Shown: positions 60,148-64,000 of the stretch, one piece after another
How positions within the stretch are numbered: position 1 is the first letter of the stretch
How the letters are laid out: every line of letters starts with the position of its first letter
DNA from: Gekko japonicus
Taxonomy: Eukaryota
Reading direction: 5' to 3'
DNA: 64,000 nt
Assembly: GCF_001447785.1 (NCBI RefSeq)
Contig: NW_015172553.1
Span: 601,737-665,736, forward strand
Position numbers and translations under genes: made by a program
Notes under the pieces: generated by a model
Databases searched by the model: none
The model's input: the letters and a program-made list of their open reading frames with translations, nothing else
What the model was told of the DNA's origin: nothing

Positions 60148-63100
60148 AAAAAGGTTGGGGACCCCTGTGCTAGAGAATTGCTCAGTGCATTGACATCACT
60201 TCTGATTTGCGCTGGAAATGACATCACAATGTGCATGCAGGGTGGGGTGGGTGCCAATTACCCCCAACTAGACTGTTGAGCAGGGTCACAGGTGGACAAC
60301 AGGAGGCCCAGCAGGGAGGTCTCCCACTAAGTGAGGTCCTGTCCCTTTGCCCAGATTCCTGTGCTGTCCAGCAAGAGCCTGTACCTTTCTGATCCAGGCA
60401 GCACCCAGGGAAAGAAAAGTTCAGGAGAAACAAACAGTGCGGTAGGAATAAAAAAACTAGTTACTACGCAGTTAATAAAGAAGTACAGAATAGCCAAGAG
60501 CCATAGCTTTGATTCTGGGAAAGAAAAGCAGATTTAAAATGCTGCAAATAAATAATAGTTCTGTCGATAGGAAATTTGGCTGGCTGTCCTCACTTGGGTG
60601 TTTTGACAGCTGGAAGAAAATGTTTAGGAATTACTTAATGCTGAATACATTTTTTGAAACTTAAAGATTGGATTTCAAATCTGAGTGCTCTAAGCAATCT
60701 TTATACACAAGCACATATGCTTATGCTCAGTGGGACTTACTCCCAGGTAAATAGAAGCACAGCCTATAGTCATTAGCATTCTCTTGATCTTTCTTTTTTT
60801 GGCTATTCTCAAATGCCATCAGCTATAAACCATCAAATGCTTATCAGAATGCCACTGCCAGATGCTCAGCAGTAATTGCCACTGCATGTCACTTGGCAAA
60901 CATCAAGCGTGTTACCTATCAAATTTTGTCAAACACCAAGAGGAAATCAAATCAAGCACTGAATTAATATGGGTAGAAAAATTCTGCCAGTTTATATCCT
61001 CTTCTTCCCCTCTCTTTGTGGTCTTCCCCCATGTAAAAATGTAGAATGCAAGCTCCATGGGGTGAGGATCTGTTGCTTTGCATCCTGTAGAGCACTGTGC
61101 ACACTGATATTAATAAACATGTTGATAATGATGTATATATGAAATAATCACTAAATATTAAAATCCTCTGCAAATATTTGAGACCAAAGTTGGTTAAGTT
61201 GCATTTTGTTTCTGCTCTGTTTCAAGCTTTGATTTCTAAACTGCCCTGACCTCCGGACCTGCAGTAGAAAAAAGCAACGCCACAAAACCCCAATCAAATA
61301 AAAAATCATTCTGAATGGAAAATACAACACGGTGTCTTAGGAAAACAGGCTAAAATTACCCAGCGGCTTTAGCCTGGCTTCTGAAACAAGACAGTGCTTG
61401 CGGGGAGGGCGGGGTATAAATTTGATAATAAATAAATAAGCTGCCCAGAGTTGGAGGCTTAGATTCTATAAGCAAGTTCTGTGTATGCAAGATAGTATTT
61501 ACTATGAAGCATGCTTCCTTTTGTGCTAGCACTTCTGGTTGCACAAGAGCGAGGGTTTTCAGAGAGACCTTGGTTACTAGCGCTAGAAGAAGCACTATCT
61601 AGCATGCACAGAAATGGCCAACTTTGATGAGTCTCCAGCAGAAGGGCTGTGGAGGACTCCACAAGAGTACTTCTAGATCCCTGCTCTCCACACAGATTGA
61701 CTCTATTCCGTGGCACCTTGAAGAGACAAAATGTTCATCCAGCATCAGTTTTTCTGGACTAGAGCTCATTCCTTTAGGTACCTCCCTAAGCAGTCATTTT
61801 ATGATGAAGGTTTGAAAAGATTAGAACAGCAAGGCCAAGGGGGTCATGAAATGCAAGAATTACAGGGTGCAACATAATTTTCAAATCTAATTTAAAAAAT
61901 ACAAAGACCATTCACTAGTTTTGCTAAACAAATCAACAGGGTATTTGCATAAAAAAGTTTTCCACTTCCTGTGAGGAGCCATTACATTGCATCTGAAGAA
62001 ATGAGATACCATTCACAAAAGAGTACGCTGGAATAAAATTTTCATAGCTTTAAGGTGCCACTAAACTGCTGATTATTTCTGCTGCTACTAACATGGCTGC
62101 TCTTCTGAAATTGTTTCAAAGAAGATTCACTCAACTGATGTTAAGGATTTGGGTACATCACCAGTAAGGGGTCAATCTCGAGAACACTTTCCCATTTCCC
62201 AGCTTGAAATTTTAGCATTTGCCTGCTGAAGTGTCCTGGACCAATTGCAAAGGGTTTTGGACCACATTCTAGGGCACACACTCTATTCATGTGGGGCAAT
62301 GCCCAGCAATTTTAGTCTCTCTATTGCACTTCTTTAACTGAACAACGTGCCCTAGAACAAAACCACCGTTCTCTGTTAGGTGAGCCTGGCAGAGGAAAAT
62401 GGGTAGCCATGAGCCGGTTCTCTTTCCTTTGGCCTCACAGGGCTCTCTGGGGTACAGGTTGAACCCCACTGCTCTAAAGATATGCAAGCACACTGTGAAC
62501 TTGGCTTGCCTCACTGACAGGGCATTGGTTGGCACAGGTCTTGAGAATGATGGAAATCTCTTTGTTCTGCATGGTACATGCTGGCAAACTACAGCACTTG
62601 GGTCCTCCTGACCCAACTTTTCTATCAGTTCTTTTCTTCAGTGTGGGTTTTCTACCTTGGTCAAGTGTCAAGTTCTTCAAATAATTTTTTTTAAACCCAC
62701 ATTTAAATTAACTGGGCTAAGCGAAGTTGCTTTGCCTTAAAGTGGACAAGGATCCGTGCTGGCTTTTACCTGCAAGTGCTTTCGTTCACTTCCACTACTG
62801 ATTGCTGGTCCCGTTGCAGTTGTCGAGGGAACAGAATAAGAGGCAGTAAAGAGAAAGGCTGCATTCTTACATGTTTATTGCAGGCTTCCGAGCAGAGGGG
62901 CTCTTAGCATTATTCTTTCATAACCCAACCATTAGTTTCCTTAAAACAGCAAAACAAAGCATGGTACAGTACAGCTGTTCCGCCCCTTTCCAAAAAAAGC
63001 AATTTTAAAAATAAATTTCCAAGCATTCAGTCTCCATATGAGATCACTCAGGGCTGGTATGCGAGATAGACCCAGGTCTCTTTTGGAGAAGTAGACCTCT

Positions 63101-63525
63101 TTTAGAGGGGATCCAGAACACTTGATCTGTCATGATGCGGGGAGGTCATCGTCACCTTTATTTTTCAAACAAATCTGATACCACTGAAAACCCAGGCAAA
63201 GTGTACTGTTATGCCTCCAAGCCAGCTGCTATGCATGAAAAGCCCCGTGCCGCTACCAGGACTGCAGACCTGTCACACTCGTCAGATTGAGGAAGGCACC
63301 AGCCCCCCAATAGGTGGACATGGAGTGGGCTGAATTCAGCCCCTCACCTGTCCGATTGTCCAGAAGCAGCTTTTCACATCCCTGAAGCAGAGTGAGATGG
63401 CCACCTGCAGTTGAAATTCCCTTTTTGGCACATATATGTGTCCTAATGGTAAAAGGCTGTCCCTTCCCTCCGTTCCATTCGTGGGCCATGTAATCAGGTT
63501 GCTATTTAGGGCAGAGACTTCCATG

Positions 63526-63997
63526 TTTGACAAAGCCACAGAGATCATCATGACCCTGACTTGAAGCTTGACTCATCTTGATCCAGGCATGAGTTGGGGA
63601 CTGGATGACCTTCCTGCAAATGCTCAGGACATGGGAACGCATGTAGACAAAGTCTATGGAGGAAGAATATTTATTACAATAGTCTCCATTCTGAGCCACC
63701 TAGTGCAGATGGGCAGGACGAGGGTGGAGAGAGTGTGACTTGCCCAAGGCCACCGGATGAGCCCATGGCAGAAACAAAAACTGAGTACGGGACTGTTGGG
63801 TATGCAGGTTACAATGCAATCCTAAACACACCCTTCTAGGGTTGCCAGCTTCCAGGTGGGGCCTGGAGATCTCCCACTTTTACAACTGACCTCCAGATGA
63901 CAGAGTATTTGACAAAGCCACGGAGATCATCATGACCCTGACTTGACGCTTGACCCATCTTGATCCAGGCATGAGTTGGGGACTGGATGACCTTCCT
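63526..63997. repeat. Direct repeat of at least 90 bp (63526-63615 / 63908-63997), may continue past the window
   Basis: tttgacaaagccac...ggatgaccttcct at offset 382. Confidence 0.9.
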
Positions 63998-64000
63998 CCA

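Larger units (their letters stand above)
58722..60167. mobile_element. hAT MITE hosting two later insertions
   Basis: TIR caggggtctccaac / gttggggacccctg, perfect 8-bp TSD tgctagag. Confidence 0.88.

Noticed and set aside
62760-63700. Possible small minus-strand exons (e.g. 63404-63348, cag/gtgagg) of a neighbouring gene
   Set aside because: Splice-like signals exist but no recognisable peptide or consistent exon chain; needs the next window or RNA-seq
56000-64000. BMP1 5' end (expected neighbour), and REEP4 at the left edge
   Set aside because: No CpG island or matching exons seen within the window
1-64000. CRISPR arrays, operons or other prokaryotic systems
   Set aside because: The sequence is intron-containing vertebrate DNA; the repeats are transposons and local duplications

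Overview
Vertebrate genomic DNA from a squamate reptile, probably a gecko (Sauria SINE, Squam3-like and 5S-derived SINEs, BovB, CR1, L2 and L1 fragments, many 8-bp-TSD hAT MITEs). The left half holds a complete 8-exon LGI3 gene on the minus strand (CDS 21474->8024, 551 aa). Head-to-head with it, as at the mammalian LGI3-SFTPC locus, are TWO intact plus-strand surfactant protein C genes, each with five coding exons, a poly-Val/Ile transmembrane helix and a BRICHOS domain. Copy A (27478-36010, 190 aa) keeps the PPDY sorting motif but has a shortened, single-Cys mature-peptide N-terminus. Copy B (46699/46717-55903, 255/249 aa) has a near-canonical SP-C helix ([30 protein letters not shown]) but carries a 61-aa segment with 27 cysteines in front of it, has lost the PPxY motif, and has Tyr in place of the near-invariant BRICHOS Asp. 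This Cys-string proSP-C paralogue is the most striking feature. A ~2.2-kb tandem duplication in intron 1 of copy B creates a decoy truncated exon 2. The window also has several local duplications and templated insertions, a ~510-bp foldback in LGI3 intron 1, nested transposons and a 180-N assembly gap. All exon coordinates were derived by hand from splice signals and reading frame; no database search was possible.
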